Source: Oscillospiraceae bacterium
GTDB lineage: Bacteria > Bacillota > Clostridia > Oscillospirales > Ruminococcaceae
Direction: 5' to 3'
DNA: 64,000 bases
NCBI GenBank assembly: GCA_017533485.1
Contig: JAFXIC010000046.1
Span: 216 to 64,215 of the forward strand
Numbering within the stretch: position 1 is the stretch's first letter; each line of letters starts with the position of its first letter. The notes below the pieces were generated by a model. The model was not told the DNA's origin. It did no database searches and was given only the letters and a program-made list of their open reading frames with translations. Made by a program: the position numbers and the translations under genes. Shown in pieces: positions 53,576 through 62,620 of the stretch.

Positions 53576-54544
53576 ATGTACGATTCTGTAAAACTCGAAA
53601 AAGGTATGTACCATCTCGCCAATCAGTCTTTTCTGGATGCGCTGGAGCACGCCGACCCGTCCGAACAGTATCTGGGTACGCCGCTTGCATCGCTGGACGC
53701 GTTCGAGCGTCAGCTCAAGCGTTTCGATATCCACCTCAGCGGTGAACACTGCGATAAGGTCGAGAAATTCTTCTCCACCACCGAGAGCGCAGTCCTTTTC
53801 CCTGAATTCGTCCGCAGAGCCGTGAAGCAGGGTATGGAGGAATCCATTCTGCCGGAGCTTTGTGCGGCGGTCACGAAAACCAATGGCACTTCCTATAAGG
53901 GCTTTGCCATCGACGAGGCGGACGGCGCATATTCCGAGACGGTCGAACAGGGTGAGTCGCTGAAAATCACTGCGCTGACCGAGGCGGAGACTGCCATCGT
54001 CCTCGAAAAGTATGGCAGAGTCATTACCGCATCCTATGAGATCGTCCGTCAGCAGCGTATTGATGTGTTCGCGGTTATGCTGCGCGCCATCGGTCATAAG
54101 CTTGCGGGGGCGATCGCCGGTGCGGCACTCGCGAAGCTCGGTACTGCGCTGACGCCCCTTACCCTCAGCGGCAGTACCCTCGCATATGCAGATCTTGCGG
54201 CACTGTACGGCGAGTTCTCTGACTATGATATGACCACCGTGATCGCCTCTCCGAAGAATGTTGCCGCAATCCTCGCGATGGATGAGATGGCTGACCATAC
54301 AACCGATGCGGACGGTACGATCCGTCTTCCGTTCGGCGCAAAGCTCCTCAAGGATTCTTCGCTTTCCGATACAACCATTATCGGTATCGCAAAGGATTTC
54401 GCACTCGAATGCGTAACCGGTTCGGATGTGCTCCTCGAAACCGACCAGCTGATTAACTGTCAGCTCGATCGGATCGCAGTATCTGTGCGTGTGGGCTTCC
54501 AGCCGCTGATGGAGGGTGCCGCAGCTTCGATCGACTGGACATAA
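53576..54544 (+). CDS. HK97-fold major capsid protein (probable)
   Basis: ATG 53576 after AAAGGAG; 322 aa. Pattern LEKYGRVITASYEIVRQQRIDVFAVMLRAIGHKLA and the C-terminal beta-rich region resemble Phage_capsid family members. Followed by a G/C-rich hairpin. Confidence 0.55.
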   Translation: MYDSVKLEKGMYHLANQSFLDALEHADPSEQYLGTPLASLDAFERQLKRFDIHLSGEHCDKVEKFFSTTESAVLFPEFVRRAVKQGMEESILPELCAAVTKTNGTSYKGFAIDEADGAYSETVEQGESLKITALTEAETAIVLEKYGRVITASYEIVRQQRIDVFAVMLRAIGHKLAGAIAGAALAKLGTALTPLTLSGSTLAYADLAALYGEFSDYDMTTVIASPKNVAAILAMDEMADHTTDADGTIRLPFGAKLLKDSSLSDTTIIGIAKDFALECVTGSDVLLETDQLINCQLDRIAVSVRVGFQPLMEGAAASIDWT

Positions 54545-54653
54545 TACCGCAGGGGTGCGGGGGGGACCTCGGATTGGGTTCCCCCCATCCGCTCTCCCCG
54601 ATTTTTCCGGCTTTTTTATGCCTTGAATATCATCCGAACGATATGGAGGGATT

Positions 54654-55595
54654 ATGATGCAAAAGAATGATTCCGAGATGCTTGCGGCACTGAATCACTT
54701 CACGCGCCGTGCGCATACGCTCGAAGAGGTCTATCTCTTTGACCTGATTCTCTGTGACAATGAAATTGACCGTGACGGGGATTGTTTCTCCGAACAGGCA
54801 CTCAAAGCGATGCAGAAGCTGTTTGTCGGCGTCACGGGGATCTTCGACCATAACTTAAAATCCGGCAATCAGACTGCCCGTATTTTCCGCACAGAGGTTC
54901 TGACGGATGCTTCGCGCCGGACAAAGACCGGTCAGCCCTATCAGTATCTGAAGGCAAATGCCTATATGGTGCGGACGAACGCGAATGCCGACCTCATCCG
55001 CGAGATTGATGCCGGAATCAAAAAGGAGGCCAGTATCTCCTGTGCCGCGTCCGAACAGATCTGTTCGATTTGCGGTACGAACCGGCTGAAACAGCACTGT
55101 GGGCATATCAAGGGCCGCTCGTATCAGGGTGCGCTCTGCTATACCACACTCGACGGGATTTCCGATGCATACGAATGGAGCTTCGTCGCGGTACCGGCAC
55201 AAAAATATGCCGGCGTTACGAAAACACTCGGCGGAAGCACAGCCGCACAGCCCGAAACCAAGATGCTGGAACGTGCGCTGGAGGCTGCGAGCGGTACACT
55301 CGATAAGCTGACGGACGCGCTGAGAAAGGATGTCATCCGACTCTGTTACCGCGGCGGAGAAACTGCCTGTGCGAAGGCGCTGGCGGATTCCACGATTCAT
55401 ATGGACGCGGAAGCCCTCTTAAAGCTGCGCCAGAGTCTTCTGATCGGCGCACAGGCACAGTCAGAGCGTGAAGCCGCCGCCGCAAAGGCGAACTCTCAGC
55501 TCTATCCGCAGAAAAATGCTGCCTCCGCATCCGAACCGCTGCCTGCAATGGACGAATTCCGGATGCACCGCAAAAAGGAAGGGGACGCGAGATGA
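54654..55595 (+). CDS. XkdF-like prohead protease with C-terminal scaffold-like coiled coil (probable)
   Basis: CDNEIDRDGDCFSEQALKAMQKLF...GIFDHN resembles the XkdF/S78-type protease N-terminus. The C-terminal ~120 aa are Ala/Glu/Leu-rich. Confidence 0.5.
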   Translation: MMQKNDSEMLAALNHFTRRAHTLEEVYLFDLILCDNEIDRDGDCFSEQALKAMQKLFVGVTGIFDHNLKSGNQTARIFRTEVLTDASRRTKTGQPYQYLKANAYMVRTNANADLIREIDAGIKKEASISCAASEQICSICGTNRLKQHCGHIKGRSYQGALCYTTLDGISDAYEWSFVAVPAQKYAGVTKTLGGSTAAQPETKMLERALEAASGTLDKLTDALRKDVIRLCYRGGETACAKALADSTIHMDAEALLKLRQSLLIGAQAQSEREAAAAKANSQLYPQKNAASASEPLPAMDEFRMHRKKEGDAR

Positions 55596-55945
55596 ATACA
55601 GCACTGGCAATGCGATTGTTTGTGTTATTCGCCGGTCTTTCCGATGGTACCGAGTATCAGGCGCTCCTGGATGCGGCGGCAGAGGAGGTAAGCGGCGAGC
55701 TTTTGCCGGAGGCGGATGCGAATGACCGCCGCCTCAGCTATTATTGTGCCGCAATCGCCCATCTGCGCTATGTCCAGATGCTTGCCGCACGCAGCGAGCT
55801 GTCCCATACCTATGCCGGTACGGTTGCAAAACAAAAGGACGCAACCGTACCCTGTGGATTTGCGGAGCGGCTGGTCTGTCAGTACCGCAATGCGGCGGCT
55901 GATCTCTTAAAAGACCGCTGCTTTGTCTTTACGGGCATCGCCTGA
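55592..55945 (+). CDS. head-tail connector (gp6-like) candidate
   Basis: 117 aa; ATGA overlap with the previous gene; size and position fit, motif recognition is weak. Confidence 0.4.
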   Translation: MNTALAMRLFVLFAGLSDGTEYQALLDAAAEEVSGELLPEADANDRRLSYYCAAIAHLRYVQMLAARSELSHTYAGTVAKQKDATVPCGFAERLVCQYRNAAADLLKDRCFVFTGIA

Positions 55946-55991
55946 ATCCACGGACGAGAAATTATCTGAACAAAGGGGGGGACAGCCGATT

Positions 55992-56426
55992 ATGGCATAT
56001 TACGCAACATTTCTGAATCAGATCGTGACCATGCTCCGGGAACGCGGTGTGGACGCAGACCTCGAATATCCGCGCAAGTCACTTTCTGTCCATGCATCCG
56101 GACGCTACCTGACCATCGGGCTGGAGTCCGCGGAATATCAGCCCGCACTCGCATACCGGGATGGGCTTGCATTCCCCGTGACACTGCATCTGCGCCTGCG
56201 GATGCACCAGAATCCGACGAAGAATGTACAGGCACTTTCTGCACTTTATGAAGCGGTTGTGCTGCCGGCATTCGTGGATGCGGGGTATGATCTGCGGAGC
56301 ATGAAGCTCCATAGCCCCGAATATGACAGGTCGCTGGATCGAATGGTGATGCGGGCGGACTGTATGCTGCATGGCTATGTGGTGAAAACGGCATCAGCGG
56401 CGGAAACGGAGCGTGAGGAAGTATGA
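55992..56426 (+). CDS. phage head-completion / hypothetical protein
   Basis: ATG 55992 after AAGGGGGGG; 144 aa; call based on synteny only. Confidence 0.4.
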   Translation: MAYYATFLNQIVTMLRERGVDADLEYPRKSLSVHASGRYLTIGLESAEYQPALAYRDGLAFPVTLHLRLRMHQNPTKNVQALSALYEAVVLPAFVDAGYDLRSMKLHSPEYDRSLDRMVMRADCMLHGYVVKTASAAETEREEV

Positions 56427-56809
56427 CGAATCTGATGACAGCGGAAGATAAGCTGCGGCTGAAGCTGGGGACGCTGGAGCTGACGGCGGACAGCTACCGT
56501 ATGGAGCTGCACCGTCCGACACGCCGACAGACGCTTGTGGACGGACGCTTCCGGGAAACGATGCTGGATGTCGAACCATGCGTGCTGCGGATTGAGAGCC
56601 GTGTGATTTCCGCTGATGCTGCCGCGCTGAAAGCGGCGATCCGGACGGCAATCCATGAGAATACGGTCTTTTCGTTTTCCTTCGACAGAATGCGCTTTAC
56701 GGAGATGACGATCCGGGATATTCTTTTCTGCCGGTCGGAAAACCAACAGTATATGACCTTGACGCTGACGCTCGGCGGAACATTCTCCGGAGAGGAGGAT
56801 GATGTGTGA
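56423..56809 (+). CDS. phage-associated hypothetical protein
   Basis: ATGA overlap at both ends; 128 aa. Confidence 0.4.
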   Translation: MTNLMTAEDKLRLKLGTLELTADSYRMELHRPTRRQTLVDGRFRETMLDVEPCVLRIESRVISADAAALKAAIRTAIHENTVFSFSFDRMRFTEMTIRDILFCRSENQQYMTLTLTLGGTFSGEEDDV

Positions 56810-57741
56810 TGCCGACAGCAGTCCTGACGCTTTATGCGGCAGACGGAAGTTTCGTGACGCAAACAGATTGTGCGGCATTTTCTCTTTTAAAGGAGCGGTA
56901 TCTGCCGTATGATACATTCCATGCGGTGTATTGTCTGACGGAGGAACGTCTGCCGCAGCCGCCGGTGCGTGCGGTCTTTACACTGGATGGTGTGAAGCTG
57001 CACGACGGGATTGTACGCAGCGTAAAAGCGGAACGCCGGAATCATCTCACACAGCTGACGCTCACCTCGCGCGGTTATACGGAATCGCTGATGCAGAATC
57101 AGATGGTACCGGGGCTGTATACGGATGTCACACTCGATTCACTGATGACAACCTACGCGCTGCCGCATATCACATACGAAAGCGGATTGTCCGCGTCAAA
57201 TTATATCTATGTCAAAGCAAATACGGCGATGTGGGATGCACTGTCCGCGTTTTGCTATAAGTATAACCGTTCTCTGCCGTATGTGACGCGCTGTAATCAT
57301 CTGCGGCTGAGCGCGAAACCGGAGGATGCGGCAATCCTTCTGCCTGCGGAAGGCTTGCTGCGGTATTCCGAGGACGGGGACGCTTCAACCATCATCAGCC
57401 GTATCGACATGGCAGATATCGACGGAACCTACGGGCAGTTCACCTGTACCAACGAAAAAGCTGCGGAACGTCAGATTGTTCGTGTGAAACAGATGCTGTT
57501 TGACCGCCAGTTTCTCTATCAGCCCGAGGACGCACTGCGTTACCGGATCGCGTACAGCAATCGGAAGCTGATCGGAAAAACAGTTTCCTACTGCGGCTAC
57601 TGCGGCGAGGATATCGAGGACATGGTGGAGCTTTCGGGCGTGCTTCGCGGTCATGTCAGCCGGATACTGCTTCGGGGAAACGAAAACGGGCTCGAAACAA
57701 CGGATACACTCTATTTCGACAGCTTCTGCAATGTCGGCTGA
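56806..57741 (+). CDS. phage-associated protein, possibly XkdQ/gpD-like hub
   Basis: 311 aa. Pattern FTLDGVKLHDGIVRSV......LTLTSRGYTESL loosely resembles XkdQ/late-control-D proteins; weak. Confidence 0.35.
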   Translation: MMPTAVLTLYAADGSFVTQTDCAAFSLLKERYLPYDTFHAVYCLTEERLPQPPVRAVFTLDGVKLHDGIVRSVKAERRNHLTQLTLTSRGYTESLMQNQMVPGLYTDVTLDSLMTTYALPHITYESGLSASNYIYVKANTAMWDALSAFCYKYNRSLPYVTRCNHLRLSAKPEDAAILLPAEGLLRYSEDGDASTIISRIDMADIDGTYGQFTCTNEKAAERQIVRVKQMLFDRQFLYQPEDALRYRIAYSNRKLIGKTVSYCGYCGEDIEDMVELSGVLRGHVSRILLRGNENGLETTDTLYFDSFCNVG

Positions 57742-57754
57742 GGGTACGGAATCC

Positions 57755-57804
57755 ATCTGCCTTTTCCGGGAACACATACGCGGAGAAGGCAGATTGTTTT
57801 TTTT
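57755..57804 (+). terminator. intrinsic terminator closing the phage-like module
   Basis: ATCTGCCTT (57755-57763) / AAGGCAGAT (57786-57794) followed by TGTTTTTTTT. Confidence 0.8.
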
Positions 57805-57834
57805 CGGAAAAATATGGAGAATTTGAAAATTTGC

Positions 57835-57863
57835 TTGACATCTTGACCATTTTATGCTATGAT
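57835..57863 (+). promoter_or_regulatory. sigma-A promoter
   Basis: TTGACA (57835-57840), 17-nt spacer, TATGAT (57858-57863). Confidence 0.65.
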
Positions 57864-57940
57864 AATAAAAATCACAAAATCTATGCTGTCATAGGATATC
57901 TTTTTCGGACAGTTTGAATAGTATGAATGGAGGCATATGG

Positions 57941-58822
57941 ATGTTTCAATCGAGCGATTGCGGATATGATGACGCAGCATTGACTGCGCGCGGAGAATCT
58001 TTGGATGCGCTGTTACAGGAAGCGCATATCTCGGAACAGGATAAACAGAATGCCTTAATGGAGTATCTGGAGCTGCTGCACAGCAAGCGTGCCGCAAAAG
58101 TCGGTGTAGAATTTGCCGAGCGGCTGATGGATCGTGTGTATCAGGCGTTTCTTGCACATCCGACCTCGGAGGTGGCAGTAGACCTGCTGTATAACTGTCT
58201 GCTGGTTCAGCAGTTCCATGCGATGAATTTCGACCAATGGCGGTCGCATCCCTCAATTGTGAAGTGTGAAAATGCGCTGGCGTCGCTCGAAGCAGACGGC
58301 AGATTATCGGACTGTTTCCGTTTTTGTCAGGAGACTGCGGCGACCTATGCTGACGCAAGATTCTGGCCGGAGGCACTGCGTTATGCGACGCGTGCGCACG
58401 GTTACAGCAAGCAGCTCATCCAGAAAAAGATTACGGTTCTGGAAAATGACGAGATGCTGGATTTGCGGGATACCGCCTGTCTGATCTGCGAGTATGCGCT
58501 GCATACGGCAGAGGGGCTGACGGAGCGGCTGGAAGCAATGCTGCAGTCGGATCTGGGCGCAGAGAATTTCGCGTTCGTCCTTCAGGAAGCACAGGATAAT
58601 GTGGATGATATTATCGTGGATCCCGTGGAGTTCACACCCGAATATCTTGCCATCCGGTATGAGCTGGAAGAAAAGATTGATGACGCGCTGGAGCATCAGC
58701 GTGGGTATTATGAATATTGTAAGGATTATTGGATGGCAAAGCGGCTGATTCTTCGTTCGGAGTTCGGTATTTCATGGAAATCGCCTGCCGCGCTGAATCC
58801 GAACATGGATTTTGACGGATAA
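57941..58822 (+). CDS. hypothetical cytoplasmic alpha-helical protein
   Basis: ATG 57941, 7 nt after GGAGG; 293 aa; no recognisable motif. Confidence 0.5.
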   Translation: MFQSSDCGYDDAALTARGESLDALLQEAHISEQDKQNALMEYLELLHSKRAAKVGVEFAERLMDRVYQAFLAHPTSEVAVDLLYNCLLVQQFHAMNFDQWRSHPSIVKCENALASLEADGRLSDCFRFCQETAATYADARFWPEALRYATRAHGYSKQLIQKKITVLENDEMLDLRDTACLICEYALHTAEGLTERLEAMLQSDLGAENFAFVLQEAQDNVDDIIVDPVEFTPEYLAIRYELEEKIDDALEHQRGYYEYCKDYWMAKRLILRSEFGISWKSPAALNPNMDFDG

Positions 58823-58835
58823 AAAATGGATAAAA

Positions 58836-58878
58836 AACGCTGTCGGCTCAATAGAGAGCTGACAGCGTTTTTGTTTGA
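58836..58878. terminator. bidirectional intrinsic terminator
   Basis: 14-nt arms 58836-58849 / 58857-58870 (one G-U pair), with an A-run upstream and a T-run downstream. Confidence 0.8.
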
Positions 58879-58995
58879 AAGAAAAGATTGTTTTGTGGTG
58901 AGGAACGATGCGACTCGTTCTATGCCTGCCCCAAAGAGTCGTGTACGGATCGTGCGAGCGTGCCGGACAGACGTATGAAAAAGCTGAGCCGAATT

Positions 58996-59646
58996 TCAGA
59001 TTTCCTTGCGAAGCGATTTGGCATACTTGAGGTTCTCGGCGTTATACCCGAAGCGTGCATTGGTACAGCGGTTCGCAATTTCATTGCAGGCATTTTCGAA
59101 AACTGCCGCATTGCGTTTTCCGACCTTAAACGGATAGTCAAACGAGTCGCCGTATTCATCCCATGCCACGAGAAAGATGCCGTCTAAGATTCCGTTGGTA
59201 CGGTGTTCTTTTTTATAGAGCAGACGGACGGATTCATAGGGCATAAAGCTTTCAAAATTGTTCACGGCAAGCAGAAAGCGGTCGGAAACAAGCACCTGCT
59301 TGCTGTCGATGAGATTATTGAAAGCGGCCTCGGAAATCTCCGCAGCCAGTTCATCAGGCGAGCCGTATTTCCGGAATACCTTGCAGTTTGCAACGTCCTT
59401 CAGTATGACCAGCTTTGCGATAAAGAGTGCGCCGCCGCCGATGAGGAGTGCGGCACCGACCAGCATCATGAGGATGGCGCTGGCATAGTCGTGGTTATTC
59501 CGGACATTGGCAACTGCCGCGAGGATCACGACGACACCGAGCACCCACAGTAAAACTCCGCCAAATGCGCTGGCGAGATTGGCGTTCCGGATTTTTTTCA
59601 CCATCTGTTTTCCGGTCAGAAAAGCGAGTTTGGACATCTTTTGCAC
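58996..59646 (-). CDS. hypothetical two-TM membrane protein with cytoplasmic C-domain
   Basis: TMs FGGVLLWVLGVVVILAAV and ILMMLVGAALLIGGGALFIAKLV; 216 aa; last gene of the aspS2 operon. Confidence 0.55.
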   Translation of the reverse strand: MQKMSKLAFLTGKQMVKKIRNANLASAFGGVLLWVLGVVVILAAVANVRNNHDYASAILMMLVGAALLIGGGALFIAKLVILKDVANCKVFRKYGSPDELAAEISEAAFNNLIDSKQVLVSDRFLLAVNNFESFMPYESVRLLYKKEHRTNGILDGIFLVAWDEYGDSFDYPFKVGKRNAAVFENACNEIANRCTNARFGYNAENLKYAKSLRKEI

Positions 59647-59666
59647 ATCCTTTCTGTCGGAAAACT

Positions 59667-60707
59667 TCAGGCTTCGGGCTGTTTGAAGCCGAGCTGTTCA
59701 TCAATACGTGTCAGGATTTCCTTAAATTTCGGTTCGCGCGTCAGGTCATAGGCAACGCGGTAGAACAGCCCCTCCAGCTCCGGACGATTGTATTCATGCG
59801 CCTGTTCGCCGAGTTTGATGGCGAGCTCCACGATATTGTCATTGGGGGGCGGCTGGATGCCGTATTTCTCGTAGGTATCGAGCACCTGACCATTCGTCGG
59901 CGGATTGAATTTCTGACCGAGTGCCTTCATGTGCTTGACAACATCCTGCAATTCCAGTTCGACAGCCTTGCTGGGGCTGAAGCGGACGCTTTCGAAGTAG
60001 AAGACTGCCGCCGAGAAATAATCTCCGACCATATTACAGTAGTATCCCATATTGCAGAGTGCTCTTGCGATACGGTCCGCGGAGGTGCAGACGCGCAGTG
60101 TATCGAGATTGACGTTCATCAGCGATTTTGCATCGCCGCCGAATTTACAGATTTCTGCAAGCTCGAAGCGGAAGTCTGCATTCACCGGATTGAATGCGAT
60201 GCCGCGCTCGACCGCCTTTGCCGCAGCAGGGAGATTCCGCTGTTCGAGGAGCACATAGCCATAGATGGTGAGGTAATGTGCGAAATCGAACGGTGCGCGT
60301 TCAAATTCGGTCATCGTGGGGTAGTAGGTGCGGAACAGGTGGTATTCAAACGGATTGCGGAAGCTGAACCATTTGATATCGCCCTGTTCGAAGTGTTCAT
60401 GGATTTTATCGGAGATTTCGGAAAGGAGTGCCTCTGCTTCGTTCATCTTATCTTCTGAGATGTACTGGAGTGCGACGCTGAAAGCCTTATCCATCCGCAT
60501 ATCACGGACGAAGGTGGCTTCGAGCATATACTTTTTCTGTTCATCGGGTAAGAGCTTGAACGCATAGTCAGCGAGAACGGAGAGAAGCTCCTCGGCATTC
60601 TCCTCTTTTTTGAGTGTATCGGAGAGCGTATGGATATAATGGATATCCGCCTGGGGATCGCCGGTCATTTCGCCCTCGATTTGTTGCAACAGTTCATCTG
60701 CGGTCAT
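59667..60707 (-). CDS. hypothetical TPR-like helical-repeat protein
   Basis: 346 aa, all-helical repeat character; 37 nt downstream of aspS2. Confidence 0.5.
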   Translation of the reverse strand: MTADELLQQIEGEMTGDPQADIHYIHTLSDTLKKEENAEELLSVLADYAFKLLPDEQKKYMLEATFVRDMRMDKAFSVALQYISEDKMNEAEALLSEISDKIHEHFEQGDIKWFSFRNPFEYHLFRTYYPTMTEFERAPFDFAHYLTIYGYVLLEQRNLPAAAKAVERGIAFNPVNADFRFELAEICKFGGDAKSLMNVNLDTLRVCTSADRIARALCNMGYYCNMVGDYFSAAVFYFESVRFSPSKAVELELQDVVKHMKALGQKFNPPTNGQVLDTYEKYGIQPPPNDNIVELAIKLGEQAHEYNRPELEGLFYRVAYDLTREPKFKEILTRIDEQLGFKQPEA

Positions 60708-60744
60708 GTTATTTTCCCTCTCTTTTCATGTTGGTATATGGTGT

Positions 60745-62517
60745 TCAGTCTTCTTCGACCGTGCGGATTGCGAGTACGTCGAGGTCAGCCTTGTTGACGG
60801 GCGACGGACAGCCGCTCATCAGTTCTCTTGCGTTCTGAACCTTCGGGAACGCGACAACATCGCGGAGGCTGTCTGCCTCGGCGAGGGTCATTGCCAGGCG
60901 GTCGAGTCCGATGCCAAGGCCGCCGTGCGGCGGTGCACCGTACTGATAAGCCTGAACGAGGAAGCCGAATTTCGCTTCGATTTCTTCCTCGGTGAGACCG
61001 AGCGATTCGAACATTTTCTGCTGCAATTCATAGTCTGTGATACGGATAGAGCCGGAGCAGAGCTCGGTGCCGTTGAGTACGAGGTCATATGCTTTTGCAA
61101 AGACCTTTTCGGGTGCGGAATCGAGATATCGGAGCGAGTCGTCCATCGGCATGGTAAACGGATGATGCATCGCGAGCCATTCGCCGGTTTCCTCGTCCTG
61201 TTCAAAGAACGGGAATTCGGTAATCCAGAGGAAGTTGAATGTGCCGGCGGGAATGAGGTCAAGGCGTTTTGCGACCTGTGTACGGAGCGCACCGAGGACA
61301 GGGAGTGTGACGGAATTCTTATCTGCGATGATGAGGACAACGTCACCCTGCTGTGCGCCGACCGCATTGAGGATCGCGGAAAGTTCACCGTCCTTGAGGA
61401 ATTTTCCGAACGAACAGGCAGGTTCGGCATCTACCCAGCGGACATAAGCCATACCCTTTGCGCCGATGCCCTTCACCATTTCGGTGAGCTTGTCGATTTC
61501 CTTACGGGTATAGGTTTTTGCGGCGTCCTTGGCGACGATGCAGCGGACAGACCCGCCGTCAGCGAGTGCGTTTGCGAATACAGGGAATTCCGAATCCTTC
61601 ACCAGTGCAGAAAGATCCTGAAGTTCCATACCGAAGCGGGTATCGGGCTTATCCGAGCCATAACGGTTCATCGCTTCGGTATAGGTCAGTCTCGGAATCG
61701 GCATTGCGAGTTCCTTGCCCATAACATCCTTCCAGAGACGGGAGAGGAAGCCCTCGGTGATATCGAGGATATCGTCTACGTCCACAAAGGACATTTCGAG
61801 GTCGATCTGTGTAAATTCCGGCTGGCGGTCTGCGCGCAGGTCTTCGTCACGGAAACAGCGTGCGAGCTGGATATAGCGGTCGTAGCCTGCGACCATCAGG
61901 AGCTGTTTATAGATCTGGGGGGACTGGGGGAGCGCATAGAATTCGCCGTGATGGACGCGGGAGGGGACGAGATAATCTCTTGCGCCTTCGGGCGTGGATT
62001 TCATCATCATCGGGGTTTCGATTTCGAGGAAGCCGTTCTCGTAGAAATATTCTCTTGCGCACATCGCAATCTTATGACGGAGGATGAGATTCTGCTGGAG
62101 CGGTGCACGGCGGAGATCGAGATAGCGGTATTTGAGCCGCAGTTCTTCATTGACCTTTGTTTCGGGGGTGATTTCGAAGGGTGGTGTTTTTGCTTTTGCG
62201 AGGATGCGAAGTTCTGTGACATAGATTTCGACATGACCGGTCGGGATTTTATCATTTTTGCTTTCGCGTTCGCGCACTTCGCCCTGTGCGAGAACGACAT
62301 ATTCGCTCTTACAGGAAGCTGCCTTTTCGAACACACTGCGGTCGGTGGTATCATCAAAGGTAAGCTGAACGACGCCGGTGCGGTCGCGCAGTACGATAAA
62401 GATAATACCGCCCTTATCGCGGATGGTATCACAGAAACCGCCGACTGTGACTGTCTGACCGGCGGTGAGGACTTCGCCGCAGTAGTGCGTGCGTTTTAAG
62501 CCTTGCATATTGTCCAT
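60745..62517 (-). CDS. aspS: aspartyl-tRNA synthetase, bacterial type (paralog 2)
   Basis: ORF trimmed to ATG 62517 (GGAGG 10 nt upstream). MDNMQGLKRTHYCGEV...; FTQIDLEMSF; GAPPHGGLGIGLDRL; 590 aa; no T-box leader. Confidence 0.9.
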   Translation of the reverse strand: MDNMQGLKRTHYCGEVLTAGQTVTVGGFCDTIRDKGGIIFIVLRDRTGVVQLTFDDTTDRSVFEKAASCKSEYVVLAQGEVRERESKNDKIPTGHVEIYVTELRILAKAKTPPFEITPETKVNEELRLKYRYLDLRRAPLQQNLILRHKIAMCAREYFYENGFLEIETPMMMKSTPEGARDYLVPSRVHHGEFYALPQSPQIYKQLLMVAGYDRYIQLARCFRDEDLRADRQPEFTQIDLEMSFVDVDDILDITEGFLSRLWKDVMGKELAMPIPRLTYTEAMNRYGSDKPDTRFGMELQDLSALVKDSEFPVFANALADGGSVRCIVAKDAAKTYTRKEIDKLTEMVKGIGAKGMAYVRWVDAEPACSFGKFLKDGELSAILNAVGAQQGDVVLIIADKNSVTLPVLGALRTQVAKRLDLIPAGTFNFLWITEFPFFEQDEETGEWLAMHHPFTMPMDDSLRYLDSAPEKVFAKAYDLVLNGTELCSGSIRITDYELQQKMFESLGLTEEEIEAKFGFLVQAYQYGAPPHGGLGIGLDRLAMTLAEADSLRDVVAFPKVQNARELMSGCPSPVNKADLDVLAIRTVEED

Positions 62518-62620
62518 AGAAGAAATTCCTCCTGAAAAAAAATAGATTTCGGTGCTGACGCAGCGGGACAGCATCCGGTATGATGACAGTATGGGTTTGC
62601 AGCAGGGGGGCTGGGGGAGA

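Larger units (their letters stand above)
50573..57741 (+). mobile_element. PBSX-like phage head module (9 tightly coupled genes) lacking sheath/tube/tape-measure, lysis, replication and integrase genes
   Basis: terS-terL-portal-capsid-XkdF-like protease-connector plus three unknown genes. Overlapping or abutting start/stop codons, good RBSs and no disrupted frames. Bounded by a leader with terminators and by terminator 57755-57804. Confidence 0.65.

Noticed and set aside
60706-62499. 597-aa ORF antisense to aspS paralog 2
   Set aside because: Same artefact as for paralog 1. The minus strand carries the synthetase motifs and an RBS.
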